This document shows, piece by piece, positions 46,302-60,212 of a stretch of 64,000 bases of DNA. Source of the stretch: Macrostomum hystrix (taxonomy: Eukaryota > Animalia > Platyhelminthes); the NCBI GenBank assembly GCA_950097015.1, contig CATNEN010000002.1, forward strand, positions 3,658,001 through 3,722,000. The letters are read 5' to 3'. The translations under genes and the position numbers were made by a program. The number at the start of each line of letters is the position of its first letter. Within the stretch, counting starts at the first letter, position 1. Under the pieces are notes generated by a model, which saw nothing but the letters and a program-made list of their open reading frames with translations, did not search any database and was not told the DNA's origin.

Positions 46302-49300
46302 GGCTGCAGGTAGGCTGGGCCTGGTATCATGGGGCAGCTGCTTAGAGGAGCTTGCATGCCCGATGAGAATGCTGGTAGACCGATTGCGTAATACTGTGGA
46401 ATATAGCCCGAGCTCTGTGGTGAATCGGTGACGATGATGGATTGAGATGCATTTTTCTAAACATGTCGGGAAGCTTTAGCTGAAGCAATTCAGTTAAAGA
46501 TTTTGTGAATACTGAGTAATTTGTAAATGTAATAGTAATTTTTTCAGCTTTCTAATTGGGTCAGAGCACAGAGCTATTGCGCAGCGCGTCCGAAAGGCTG
46601 CGTACGGCCGTTCAGTCCATGGACTGGGGAGGGGATGGCTGGTGCCCATTTAACATGTGGGTGAACTGAAGCAATGCAGAGTCAAGTGTCTTGCTTAAGG
46701 GATACAAAATGTTTCAGCGGAGTCGGGAATCGAACCCCCGGCCTTCAAGTTGTGAGCCCGACGCTCTAAACACTAGGCTACATAGCTGTCCTCATTCAAC
46801 CCAAACCTCACCTGAAGTACATGAATAGCGGCTCCAGTGCATTCAGCTGCCAATTCTGTCTGCTGCTGCTGCTGCTGCTGCTGCAGAAAACAGCCGCCTC
46901 CGCCTCCGCCGCCTGGGCCGCCGAAATGACCACCGGAGGCCGTCATTGCTGCGGCTGCTGCGGCGGCTGCTGCGGCCAGTTGGGGGCCCGTTGCCATGGC
47001 AACCAGGCCAGTCGCTGCTGCCGTTGCGGCCACAGCAGCCGCAGTTGACGACGAAGCTGAAGGCGCGTAGCTGCAGGGGTTCGCGGCCAGCAACAGCTGG
47101 TGAGGATAGGCTGAGTAGGCTTGCGGCATTAGCTGGTAGAGCCTGCATGCGAAATTGCGTTTGAATTCAAACTACTCATAGTAGGCGATACGATTGTGTC
47201 GCTAACAGCACCGATATTGCTGCTAATCTCAGGAAGCATTAAAAATGACAACTTAATGGGGAAAAATGCACTGACTCATGCTTACTATGAGATCCCGAAC
47301 ACCTGCACCGTGAAAATTTGTTTCTGCAACTTGTCAAACTTTGATTACAATTTAGGCTAGAAAAATATGTTCTAGTTGTGTCTGGCTTAGCGATTCGGTG
47401 ACGTTGAATCACTCTAGAGCGAATCTTGTGGAGCTACGCTCGTAAGTCCCTATCCCAGGTAAATGTACGTCTACTGATAAGGCTTTGGGCCTATTATGCT
47501 CGGGAACAGTTTGTATACTCGGATTTACAATTGCAGCGGATTGCAGCGAAGCAAATCTGTTTTGAGCAGATTAGTAAATAGTTTTAAATGGCTCAGCTTG
47601 AATGGTCTCTCAGATTTAATGTTATCCCCTCAGATTTAATGTTATCCCCTTAGATTTAATGTTATCCCCTCAGATTTAATGTTATCCCCTCAGATTTAAT
47701 GTTATCCCCTCAGATTTAATGTTATCCCCTTAGATTTAATGTTATCCCCTCAGATTTAATGGTATCCCTCAGATTTAATGTTATCCCCTTAGATTTAATG
47801 TTATCCCCTCAGATTTAATGGTATCCCCTCAGATTTAATGTTATCCCCTCAGATTTAATGTTATCCCCTCAGATTTAACGAATTATCCCATTCGTTCGAA
47901 TGTTAGTAATGGCAACAAAAGTCACTTACTGCAGCCTAACCTAAAGTAATAAAAAGGTGATCACCTTACTTTCCTCCAATATGCGTCAGTCATTTTGGTC
48001 ATTCATCCTGGGGGACGGGGTATTTTACCCTGCATCGCGGAAATTTCGCAGTCTGGCCGCTCTAGTTTTTAGAAGGGATTCGACTAATGTCCAGGCTATC
48101 AACCGCAAATTTCCCTCAAACCTCACAGACATTTTTCTTTTTCCAATCGACTTTCGAAGTACGTCACTCAAAAATACGAACGCAATACGGACCCTGGCCC
48201 AGTTACAGACGGGTCATTGCTGAAATCCAGCAGCTGCCGGCCTCTCATCTCTGTACTAGATGCTTCGGCCATTTTACTACGAACCGCTCGCTCAACGAAT
48301 CCGATTCCCATTTAGCATGCCCCCGCGCCAAGCTGTCTAATAGTTGCCGCTTCCTTTCTTGACTAGGTCTGGATTGGCGTAAAGTGCATTGCAGACAGGC
48401 TGTCTCTAATTTACAAAACGGCACAGACGTGAGTGGCATACGTCGGGTTGCTAGCCTCTCATTTGATGAAAATACTACTCACCCAGTAGCATGCAGTCTC
48501 GCAATAGTCAGTGCCTGCTGATGAGCTGAAAGTTTGTATATATAAATTTGATAATCATGTTTAGTCATCTGTTAATGCACTTATAGGAAGGGGCAAGACA
48601 TGCTAATCCTCATATACATAACTAATGTCAGGGTTTTTCTGCTCGTCCACATGCACAAAAAAGACAGGGGGCTAGTTTGTGCTAGTCCACATTCACAAAA
48701 CGAATGCCGTTGGGGCTCGTTTGTGCTAGTCCACATTCACAAAACGAATGCCGTTGGGGCTAGTTTGTGCTAGTCCACATTCACAAAAAAGACAGGGGGC
48801 TAGTTTGTGCTAGTCCACATTCACAAAACGAATGCCGTTGGGGCTCGTTTGTGCTAGTCCACATTCACAAAACGAATGCCGTTGGGGCTCGTTTGTGCTA
48901 GTCCACATTCACAAAACGAATGCCGTTGGGGCTAGTTTGTGCTAGTCCACATTCACAAAACGAATGCCGTTGGGGCTCGTTTGTGCTAGTCCACATTCAC
49001 AAAACGAATGCCGTTGGGGCTCGTTTGTGCTAGTCCACATACACTAAAGTAATGCCGTTGGGGCTAGTTTGTGCTAGTCCACATACACTAAAGTAATGCC
49101 GTTGGGGCTAGTTTGTGCTAGTCCACATACACTAAAGTAATGCCGTTGGGGCTCGTTTGTGCTAGTCCACATACACTAAAGTAATGCCGTTGGGGCTAGT
49201 TTGTGCTAGTCCACATACACTAAAGTAATGCCGTTGGGGCTAGTTTGTGCTAGTCCACATACACTAAAGTAATGCCGTTGGGGCTCGTTTGTGCTAGTCC

Positions 49301-52300
49301 ACATACACTAAAGTAATGCCGTTGGGGCTAGTTTGTGCTAGTCCACATACACTAAAGTAATGCCGTTGGGGCTAGTTTGTGCTAGTCCACATACACTAAA
49401 GTAATGCCGTTGGGGACTTCCTATAATGTGGACTACAGACAAAGACTGGAGGAAATTCAAAGAGAATTCTGTAATCGGTTCGTTTCCAACCGCTAGGAAT
49501 GCAGCGCGGCTTGGCCCCAATGGCGGCGAGATTCACGTTGGTCTTGCGCCCGTCGATGCACGGATTCGGGTCCTGGATAGCCTGGAAGGCGTCCTCGGCT
49601 CGCATCATTGTAACCTATTTTTTGAAAAATTCAAATCGATCTACTTTTGAAGCTGAATCAATGAGATAAGTAACGTATATGTTCAAGAATTTATTTAAAA
49701 AATCTATAGCTAAGAGTAGAAATTTAGCATAGCTGAATATCCACTGCCTTCCTATCCGACTAAAAGACGTCAATAAAACGGCCTTTAATGTGCATCCTCC
49801 AGATAGCTGCAGCCAGCGGCCACCCACCTGTTGATTCCTTAAAAGGATCAGCAGAAATAGGAGGTCGCTCTGACCCACCAACCCCCTTCAGAGCCGCAGC
49901 AAAGTGAAGCCGCATGCGGCATTGATCCTTTAACGAGGCCTCGATTCGCTCCAGCTTAACCCGCCCCGCTTTGGGGGGCCAGAAAACTTATCGCCCCCAT
50001 AGGGAGCGGTTTTGGCTAGAACAGGGAAGTTGCATTTTCCTATTTCAACGGATTTCCGTGCCCAAGTTCGCCCCGAGTTGAAAGCCTTTTTGAACCGGAT
50101 TTGAATGGGGTCAGGGGTACAAGGAGGTGCATTTACTGCTGAATAGTGTTTAGCAGCCTAGATGTAACTACTAGCAGTCATTGCATGAAATTAGGTCGAC
50201 TTGATCCTATTGTGGCATAATTACGATAGTGAAGTAGTAATTGATAGTAAAACTTGTTAAGCTGTCACATCAACTGCCATAGCTGTCACATCAACTACCT
50301 CAGCTGTCACATCAACTACCTCAGCTGTCACATCAACTACCTCAGCTGTCACATCAACTACCTCAGCAGTCACATCAACTACCTCAGCTGTCACATCAAC
50401 TGCATCAGCTGTCACATCAACTACCTCAGCAGTCACATCAACTACCTCAGCTGTCACATCAACTACCTCAGCTGTCACATCAACTACCTCAGCAGTCACA
50501 TCAACTACCTCAGCTGTCACATCAACTGCATCAGCTGTCACATCAACTACCTCAGCAGTCACATCAACTACCTCAGCTGTCACATCAACTACCTCAGCAG
50601 TCACATCAACTACCTCAGCTGTCACATCAACTACCTCAGCAGTCACATCAACTACCTCAGCTGTCACATCAACTACCTCAGCAGTCACATCAACTACCTC
50701 AGCAGTCACATCAACTACCTCAGCTGTCACATCAACTGCATCAGCTGTCACATCAACTGCATCAGCTGTCACATCAACTGCATCAGCTGTCACATCAACT
50801 GCATCAGCTGTCACATCAACTGCATCAGCTGTCACATCAACTGCATCAGCTGTCACATCAACTGCATCAGCTGTCACATCAACTGCATCAGCTGTCACAT
50901 CAACTGCATCAGCTGTCACATCAACTGCATCAGCTGTCACATCAACTGCATCAGCTGTCACATCAACTGCATCAGCTGTCACATCAACTGCATCAGCTGT
51001 CACATCAACTACCTCAGCAGTCACATCAACTACCTCAGCTGTCACATCAACTACCTCAGCAGTCACATCAACTACCTCAGCTGTCACATCAACTGCATCA
51101 GCTGTCACATCAACTGCATCAGCTGTCACATCAACTGCATCAGCTGTCACATCAACTGCATCAGCTGTCACATCAACTGCATCAGCTGTCACATCAACTG
51201 CATCAGCTGTCACATCAACTGCATCAGCTGTCACATCAACTGCATCAGCTGTCACATCAACTGCCATAGCTGTGTCTTCAAAGCCCCAGCTGTCACTTCA
51301 AAGCCCCAGCTGTCACTTCAAAGCCCCAGCTGTCACTTCAAAGCCCAGCTGTCACTTCAAAGCCCCAGCTGTCACTTCAAAGCCATATTCCAGGCTTTGC
51401 TATATATTTATCATAGTCCATACACCACATGCCAGTCGTGTATATCTTACACTGCAATCCCTAGGCTAATCCCAAATCTGACATTCTCCAGTGTCTGTGA
51501 GAATTTTTAAGGTCTACCGCTCACTGTTCTCGTTTGTGTGGCACACTCGAGCAAGGCTGATGATATCTGTTGGGACGCGTATATTGCATATTGCGTGCCC
51601 GTCAGCCTTCACTAGACTGCATGACACGGGCTGAGCTGATCTCTCTGGCATACAGGCTTCATCTGACTGCTCACTTGGGCTTATGGGATCGCCGTGTCTG
51701 CATGCACAAGCTTGCTTTGTTCATCATTTGTTGTTTCCAAATACTAAAGTGAATGTAGAAATTCACATAAATCTGTGTCGAGCCAAATTCGTTGAAATAC
51801 AATAAGGTGTTGTGAAAGAGAGGAACTTGGACGCATATATTGACACGGGAAGAGAGACCTTGGGAGAATTTAAGGATGGGATAATTAGTGAGGGAAGAGA
51901 GACCTTGGGAGAATTTAAGGATGGGATAATTAGTGAGGGAAGAGAGACCTTGGGAGAATTTAAGGATGGGATAATTAGTGAGGGAAGAGAGACCTTGGGA
52001 GAATTTAAGGATGGGATAATTAGTGAGGGAAGAGAGACCTTGGGAGAATTTAAGGATGGGATAATTAGTGAGGGAAGAGAGACCTTGGGAGAATTTAATG
52101 ATAGGATAATTAGTGAGGGAAGAGAGACAATTACGAGAATTTCAATATGGGATAATTAGTGAGGGAAGAGACAGTTGGGAGAATTCCAGGATGGGATAAT
52201 TAGTGAAGGAAGAGACAGTTGGGAGAATTTGAGGATGGGATAGTTAGTGAAGGAAGAGACAGTTGGGAGAATTCGAGGATGGGATAATTAGTGAAGGAAG

Positions 52301-52836
52301 AGACAGTTGGGAGAATTCGAGGATGGGATAATTAGGTGAGGGAAGAGAGACAGTTGGGAGAATTCGAGGATTGGATAATTAGTGAGGGAAGAGAGACAGT
52401 TGGGAAATTTCGAGGATGGGATAATTAGTGAGGGAAGAGAGACAGTGGGAGAATTCGAGGATGGGATAATTAGTGAGGGAAGAGAGACAGTGGGATAATT
52501 TCAGTATGGGATAATTAGTGAGGGCGGATCGAGGAGAATTCGAGTATGTGTTATTATTCGGGGATAAACTGTGAGGAGAGCACGCCAACTCACAAAGCCA
52601 TATCCGCGGCTCTTGTTTGTCTGTCGGTCGGTGATGACCACGGCCTCTTCAAGCTCTCCGAACTGTTGAAAGTAGTCCCGCAGGCTACTGTCGGCTGTGT
52701 GGTAGGCCAGGCCACCAATGAAAATCTTCGTATAAGTGGTGTCCTTCTGATGCTGCAGTTTCTGCGGGGAGGCGAGACCGCTGCTGTTGCTGCTGCTGTC
52801 GCTTGTTCGATGCTGTTTTTGCATTGAAGACGGCAT
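46244..52836 (-). CDS. RBM24: RNA-binding protein RBM24/RBM38 (sup-12-like), 5 exons, about 317 aa
   Basis: Exons 52836-52594, 49614-49491, 48525-48483, 47142-46812 and 46456-46244. [18 protein letters not shown]...[22 protein letters not shown]...[16 protein letters not shown]...GAKPR. C-terminus DRRQ* (RBM24/38 end in DRMQ). Confidence 0.92.
46555..46785 (-). mobile_element. SINE family 2 (tRNA head plus CORE-like domain) in RBM24 intron 4
   Basis: The reverse complement reads TAGCCTAGTGTTTAGAGCG (A-box-like)...GGTTCGATTCCCG (B box)...GCAAGACACTTGACTCTGCATTGCTTCAGTTCACCCA...AAATGGG...CAGTCCATGGACTGAAC. Confidence 0.82.
47628..47882. repeat. 20-bp minisatellite, RBM24 intron 3
   Basis: CAGATTTAATGTTATCCCCT. 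Confidence 0.92.
48645..49415. repeat. 44-bp minisatellite, RBM24 intron 2, two variant blocks
   Basis: GCTAGTTTGTGCTAGTCCACAT(TCACAAAACG/ACACTAAAGT)AATGCCGTTGGG; period 44. Confidence 0.93.
50260..51385. repeat. 21-bp minisatellite plus a related 20-bp tail array, RBM24 intron 1
   Basis: AGCTGTCACATCAACT(GCATC/ACCTC), then AAGCCCCAGCTGTCACTTCA. Confidence 0.94.
51845..52530. repeat. 45-bp minisatellite, RBM24 intron 1
   Basis: GGGAGAATTTAAGGATGGGATAATTAGTGAGGGAAGAGAGACCTT, degenerating towards the right. Confidence 0.9.
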
Positions 52837-53189
52837 CGGCTAACACAGAATCAGAAGAATCGTGCTTCGATTTTCAGAGATTTCTGATTTCCCTATCGCT
52901 TGCTGCATGGGCGGACTTATAACTATAAAACAGTGGGCATTCGTCTGTGTTCGGGGTTATCTGTGAGGGCCCCACCGGGCGGACCAATCAGAATCGAGTA
53001 AGAAGATAAGACTGCCAGGCGGGTTCAAGACTGTCTGCTGTTTCGCGTGGCTCAGCTTAAATCTGCTGAATATTGCCACATGTAGCGTTGGATTCCACGA
53101 TTTGTTAGTTTTCCGTTTTTTAATTCTAGCTCCGATTTCAAATTGCAGATTCTACTCGCCTTTGTTCGTTCAACAAATGTATCTTCGAC

Positions 53190-55290
53190 TGTAGAAAATC
53201 TTCTCGCTTCGATTCCAGCGAATCTTTTTGCTTCGATTCCAGCGAATCTTTTTGCTTCGATTCCAGCGAATATTTTTGCTTCGATTCCAGCGAATCTTTT
53301 TGCTTCGATTCCAGCGAATCTTTCTTGCTTCGATTTCAGCAATTTTGCTTCGATTCCAGCAACTACTCTTGCTTCGATTCCAACAAGTATTCTTACTTCG
53401 ATTCCAACAGCAATTCTTGTTTCGATTAATTCAATTATGCTTCAATTATGAACAACTACTCTTGCTTCGATTCCAACAATAGTTACAATACTCTTGCTTC
53501 GATTCCAACAAAACTCTTGCTCCGATTCCAACAATACTCTTGCTTCGATTCTAGTAAATCTTTTTGCTTCGATTCCAACAAGCATTCTTTCTTCAATATG
53601 AAAAACTATACTCTAGCTTCGATTCCAAGAACAATTCTTGCTTCGATTCTATCAACTACTCTAGCTTTGATTCCAACAGCAATTCTTGCTTCGATTTCAA
53701 CAATTCTTGTTTAGATTCCAGCATCTTAAAGCTTCGATTCCAAAAATTCTTGCTTCGATTCTAACAACTACTCTAGCTTCGATTCCAACAACTACTCTTG
53801 CTTCGATTCCAACAGCAATTCTTGCTTCGATTTCAACAATTCTTGTTTAGATTCCAGCATCTTAAAGCTTCGATTCCAAAAATTCTTGCTTCGATTCTAA
53901 CAACTACTCTAGCTTCGATTCCAACAACTACTCTTGCTTCGATTCCAACAACTACTCTAGCTTCGATTCCAACAACTACTCTTGCTTCGATTCCAACAAC
54001 TACTCTTGCTTCGATTCCAACAACTACTCTTGCTTCGATTCTAACAACTACTCTTGCTTCGATTCCAACAACTACTCTTGCTTTAATTCCAACAACTACT
54101 CTTGCTTCGATTCCAAGAACAATTTTTGCTTCAATTCTATTAACTACTCTAGCTTCGATTCCAACAGCAATTCTTGCTTCGATTTCAACAATTCTTGTTT
54201 AGATTCCAGCATCTTAAAGCTTCGATTCCAAAAATTCCTGCTTCGATTCTAACAACTACTCTAGCTTCGATTCCAAAAAACTACTCTTTCTTCGATTCCA
54301 ACAGCAATTCTTGCTTCGATTTCAACAATTCTTGTTAGATTCCAGCATCTTAAAGCTTCGATTCCAAAAATTCTTGCTTCGATTCTAACAACTACTCTAG
54401 CTTCGATTCCAACAACTACTCTTGCTTCGATTCCAACAACTACTCTAGCTTCGATTCCAACAACTACTCTTGCTTCGATTCCAACAACTACTCTAGCTTC
54501 GATTCCAACAACTACTCTTGCTTCGATTCCAACAACTACTCTTGCTTCGATTCCAACAACTACTCTTGCTTCGATTCTAACAACTACTCTTGCTTCGATT
54601 CCAACAACTACTCTTGCTTTAATTCCAACAACTACTCTTGCTTCGATTCCAAGAACAATTTTTGCTTCAATTCTATTAACTACTCTAGCTTCGATTCCAA
54701 CAGCAATTCTTGCTTCGATTTCAACAATTCTTGTTTAGATTCCAGCATCTTAAAGCTTCGATTCCAAAAAACTACTCTTTCTTCGATTCCAACAGCAATT
54801 CTTGCCTCGATTTCAACAATTCTTGTTTAGATTCCAGCATCTTAAAGCTTCGATTCCAAAAATTCTTGCTTCGATTCTAACAACTACTCTAGCTTCGATT
54901 CCAAAAAACTACTCTTTCTTCGATTCCAACAGCAATTCTTGCTTCGATTTCAACAATTCTTGTTAGATTCCAGCATCTTAAAGCTTCGATTCCAAAAATT
55001 CCTGCTTCGATTCTAACAACTACTCTAGCTTCGATTCCAAAAAACTACTCTTTCTTCGATTCCAACAGCAATTCTTGCTTCGATTTCAACAATTCTTGTT
55101 AGATTCCAGCATCATAAAGCTTCGATTCCAAAAATTATTGCTTCGATTCTAAGAACTACTCTAGCTTCGATTCCAACAACTGCTCTAGCTTCGATTCCAA
55201 CAACTACTCTTTCTTCGATTCCAACAACTGCTCTAGCTTTGATTCCATAAAATATTCTAGCTTCAATAACAATAATTCAGGCTTCGATAC
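53190..55290. repeat. Degenerate 24-bp minisatellite upstream of RBM24
   Basis: CTTGCTTCGATTCCAACAACTACT, with higher-order blocks. Confidence 0.92.
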
Positions 55291-56164
55291 TAGTTTAGCG
55301 TTGATTCTAGTAATTTTCCTTCTCGACCACAACAAATACCTTAGCTTCCTTTTTTCAGAACTATTCTAGCTCGTAGCTACGATTCTCGGCAATAACATTG
55401 TTAATTTTGATTTCGTCAAGTCGATTTGATTAGAAAATAAAGGAAACAGGAGTAAAGTTGTCGAAACTAGCTTAAATTGAACAAAGGGTAAAGCTACAAT
55501 AAATATTAGGATAAATTTGGTTGGGAAGGAAAGATAAAAGTGAAGATTTATATATTTTAATAATGAGCTGACAATAAGTTTAGGTTATTATAGATACTAT
55601 AAGTAGTATCACCATCGCAAATAATGGGTTTAGCATATAATATAACTTTTAAATAAGCTGTTCTCAAAATATTAGCTCGGTTTAACAAACCAAATTTAAA
55701 TTTGTGTCAAAATGAACAGAACAACAGTTTTGTAAAGTGAAAAGGTCTTGCTAAAATTCTAGACATTTAAGGACATTAGTTAGGAACAATGACACTGAAA
55801 AATTCCCCATACAAAACAACAGAAAAACGTTGAATCCATGCCGCACAGGCTGTTAAAACAAGCAAAACACAATTTTAAAAAGACCCACAAAAACAATAAA
55901 AGCACAATGAAAAAACCGCACTGCACAATACAAACACAAAATAACTAACATTGGCACTATGCGCGGTATCCATAGCAACAACTGAAAATGATAGTAAATT
56001 GGCCAATTAGTCTGTATAGGGAGAGGGGACCACAAATAAATGGATCTCCACCAGACAACTTTTACAAGTCGAAAAATAACAGCTAATTTGACAGCACCAC
56101 AGACAAAGATTAATTAGGGAAACAGCTGACAACATTCAGAAAATAGTTCAGTTGGATGAAAACT

Positions 56165-57100
56165 AGGCTAGCTGGTTTGCGGGTTGACTGTACACTGGGG
56201 GCAGGGGTTGAGGGCTAGCTGGTTTGCGGTTTGAGTGTACACTGGGGGCAGAGGTTGAGGGCTAGCTGGTTTGCGGTTTGAGTGTACACTGGGGGCAGGG
56301 GTTGAGGGCTAGCTGGTTTGCGGTTTGAGTGTACACTGGGGGCAGAGGTTGAGGGCTAGCTGGTTTGCGGTTTGAGTGTACACTGGGGGCAGAGGTTGAG
56401 GGCTAGCTGGTTTGCGGTTTGAGTGTACACTGGGGGCAGAGGTTGAGGGCTAGCTGGTTTGCGGTTTGAGTGTATACTGGGGGCAGGGGTTGAGGGCTAG
56501 CTGGTTTGCGGTTTGAGTGTACACTGGGGGCAGAGGTTGAGGGCTAGCTGGTTTGCGGGTTGAGTGTACACTGGGGGCAGGGGTTGAGGGCTAGCTGGTT
56601 TGCGGTTTGAGTGTACACTGGGGGCAGAGGTTGAGGGCTAGCTGGTTTGCGGTTTGAGTGTACACTGGGGGCAGAGGTTGAGGGCTAGCTGGTTTGCGGT
56701 TTGAGTGTATACTGGGGGCAGGGGTTGAGGGCTAGCTGGTTTGCGGTTTGAGTGTACACTGGGGGCAGAGGTTGAGGGCTAGCTGGTTTGCGGTTTGAGT
56801 GTACACTGGGGGCAGAGGTTGAGGGCTAGCTGGTTTGCGGATTGAGTGTACACTGGGGCAGGGGTTGAGGACTAGCTGGTTTGTGGGTTGAGTGTACACT
56901 GGGGGCAGAGGTTGAGGGCTAGCTGGTTTGTGGGTTGAGTGTACACTGGGGGCAGGGGTTGAGGGCTAGCTGGTTTGTGGGTTGAGTGTACACTGGGGGC
57001 AGAGGTTGAGGGCTAGCTGGTTTGTGGGTTGAGTGTACACTGGGGGCAGGGGTTGAGGGCTAGCTGGTTTGTGGGTTGAGTGTACACTGGGGCAGGGCAT
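56165..57100. repeat. 47-bp minisatellite
   Basis: GGGCTAGCTGGTTTGCGGTTTGAGTGTACACTGGGGGCAGAGGTTGA; period 47. Confidence 0.95.
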
Positions 57101-57789
57101 AAGGCGTAATGGAATAGTAATGTGCAAAGCCAAAATTAGGCCAACTTTATTATCTAAAATTCATTCAACTTGGCCTTTGTTGTATGCTTGAAAATGATGC
57201 CAGAGATATGAAAGTGAATAAGCGGAAACTGTCGCTTCAAATAAAAAGTTTTTATTAGGATTTTTTAAAAGAAGCATTTTTTACTACAAAATAAATAATT
57301 TTTAGGCCAATGCACGAACTGCGCTACTCACAATACAGTGGTCCGCACAGGGAAGCAGAAAAGAAGTATGACCTGACGGAGCACAAAAAATCCTCCAAAA
57401 AAGTCCCTAATAGGAAGAATTTTAATAAACAGTGCAGGAATTTTAATCGAACAAAAATGGACAACAAAGGTCATGCGAGTGCGCTAATTAAAAATGACGA
57501 GTAAATGATAAAGTGTGACTAAAAAATGACTTCGCATTGCGGCTTTCGAAATACAAAGTTAAGAAATGTTTATTTTCAAACAAAGCGAGGAGTCCGCAGT
57601 TATTAATTGCAAAAAATATTTATTTGTTTTAAATTGTAATCGAATGAATTCGTAAGGGGGAACAGGAAAAAAACTTAACTTGACCAATCAACCACGAAAT
57701 TAGCCTAATTCTACGGTGTCAAAAAAGCATTAAAACTAGCCAAAAATCAACTGAAACTACTTTAAATTTCAAGCTTTGAGATCATAAAG

Positions 57790-59458
57790 ACTTATAATCT
57801 AGTCATTGGATCATGGCATGACCAGAACTGTTTGCATCTAGTCATTGGATCATGGCATGACCAGAACTGTTTGCATCTAGTCATTGGATCATGGCATGAC
57901 CAAAACTGTTTGCATCTAGTCATTGGATCATGGCATGACCAAAACTGTAACAATCTAGTCATTGGATCATGGCATGACCAAAACTGTAACAATCTAGTCA
58001 TTGGATCATGGCATGACCAAAACTGTAACAATCTAGTCATTGGATCATGGCATGACCAAAACTGTAACAATCTAGTCATTGGATCATGGCATGACCAAAA
58101 CTGTAACAATCTAGTCATTGGATCATGGCATGACCAAAACTGTAACAATCTAGTCATTGGATCATGGCATGACCAAAACTGTAACAATCTAGTCATTGGA
58201 TCATGGCATGACCAAAACTGTAACAATCTAGTCATTGGATCATGGCATGACCAAAACTGTAACAATCTAGTCATTGGATCATGGCATGACCAAAACTGTA
58301 ACAATCTAGTCATTGGATCATGGCATGACCAAAACTGTAATAATCTAGTCATTGGATCATGGCATGACCAGAACTGTTTGCATCTAGTCATTGGATCATG
58401 GCATGACCAAAACTGTAACAATCTAGTCATTGGATCATGGCATGACCAAAACTGTAACAATCTAGTCATTGGATCATGGCATGACCAAAACTGTAATAAT
58501 CTAGTCATTGGATCATGGCATGACCAGAACTGTTTGCATCTAGTCATTGGATCATGGCATGACCAAAACTGTAACAATCTAGTCATTGGATCATGGCATG
58601 ACCAAAACTGTAACAATCTAGTCATTGGATCATGGCATGACCAAAACTGTAACAATCTAGTCATTGGATCATGGCATGACCAGAACTGTTTGCATCTAGT
58701 CATTGGATCATGGCATGACCAAAACTGTGTAACAATCTAGTCATTGGATCATGGCATGACCAAAACTGTAACAATCTAGTCATTGGATCATGGCATGACC
58801 AAAACTGTAACAATCTAGTCATTGGATCATGGCATGACCAAAACTGTAACAATCTAGTCATTGGATCATGGCATGACCAAAACTGTAACAATCTAGTCAT
58901 TGGATCATGGCATGACCAAAACTGTAACAATCTAGTCATTGGATCATGGCATGACCAAAACTGTAACAATCTAGTCATTGGATCATGGCATGACCAAAAC
59001 TGTAACAATCTAGTCATTGGATCATGGCATGACCAAAACTGTAACAATCTAGTCATTGGATCATGGCATGACCAAAACTGTAATAATCTAGTCATTGGAT
59101 CATGGCATGACCAGAACTGTTTGCATCTAGTCATTGGATCATGGCATGACCAAAACTGTAACAATCTAGTCATTGGATCATGGCATGACCAAAACTGTAA
59201 CAATCTAGTCATTGGATCATGGCATGACCAAAACTGTAACAATCTAGTCATTGGATCATGGCATGACCAGAACTGTTTGCATCTAGTCATTGGATCATGG
59301 CATGACCAAAACTGTGTAACAATCTAGTCATTGGATCATGGCATGACCAAAACTGTAACAATCTAGTCATTGGATCATGGCATGACCAAAACTGTGTAAC
59401 AATCTAGTCATTGGATCATGGCATGACCAAAACTGTAACAATCTAGTCATTGGAGCAT
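57790..59458. repeat. 39-bp minisatellite
   Basis: AATCTAGTCATTGGATCATGGCATGACCAAAACTGTAAC, with a GAACTGTTTGC variant. Confidence 0.96.
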
Positions 59459-59864
59459 GACGAAATCAAGGTCGCGTCACGATCAAAAACAGTAGGATCG
59501 ATTAAATAAACAAAATTCGACTTAGAAATGTAGCGAAAAATACTAGAAGCAGCACAATAACACACAATATTCGAGAATAATACATGGGATAACAAAGAAT
59601 TATAATTGCATATAATAATAAGATCGACAATAATATGTAGTTAAATAATTGCATAATGATTTTCATAAGCACTGAGCCCACACCTAGACAAGGACAGCGA
59701 AGATTTGAAAATTTGAGTCGTGTTGTTTTTATTATCAAACAATCATTAACTCATTGAAATATTATCGCTTAAAAATCTCTAAAAAAAGACAATACACAAT
59801 GGTGCTAAAAACACGACAATTTCAACAGGCGGGTGCTTTGATCTAAGAAAATATAAAAAGGAGG

Positions 59865-60212
59865 CCAATTGACCCCAGTGATTTGCAAGGGGTCACGAGA
59901 TCTTAGCGTATTTTAAAGAGGGTCATTTGACCCCAGGAAACCTAAAAGGGGGTCTTTGATATCAGTTTATCTTAAAGGGGGTCATTTGACCTCCGTTTAA
60001 CTAAAAGGTGGTCATTTGACCCCTGTTTAACTAAAAGGTGGTCATTTGACCTCCGTTTAACTAAAAGGTGGTCATTTAACCTCTGTTTAATCTGTTTAAC
60101 TAAAAGGGGTCATTTGACCTCTGTTTAACTAAAAGGGGGTCATTTGACCTCTGTTTAACTAAAAGGGGGTCATTTGACCTCCGTTTTTACTTTAAGGGGT
60201 CATTTGACCTAA
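59865..60212. repeat. Repeat of about 30 bp with a GGTCATTTGACC palindrome
   Basis: GGTCATTTGACCTCTGTTTAACTAAAAGGG. Confidence 0.85.

Noticed and set aside
56165-59458. 47-bp and 39-bp arrays (also the 43- and 44-bp ones) as CRISPR arrays
   Set aside because: Units are head-to-tail with no unique spacers, there are no cas genes, and the context is eukaryotic.
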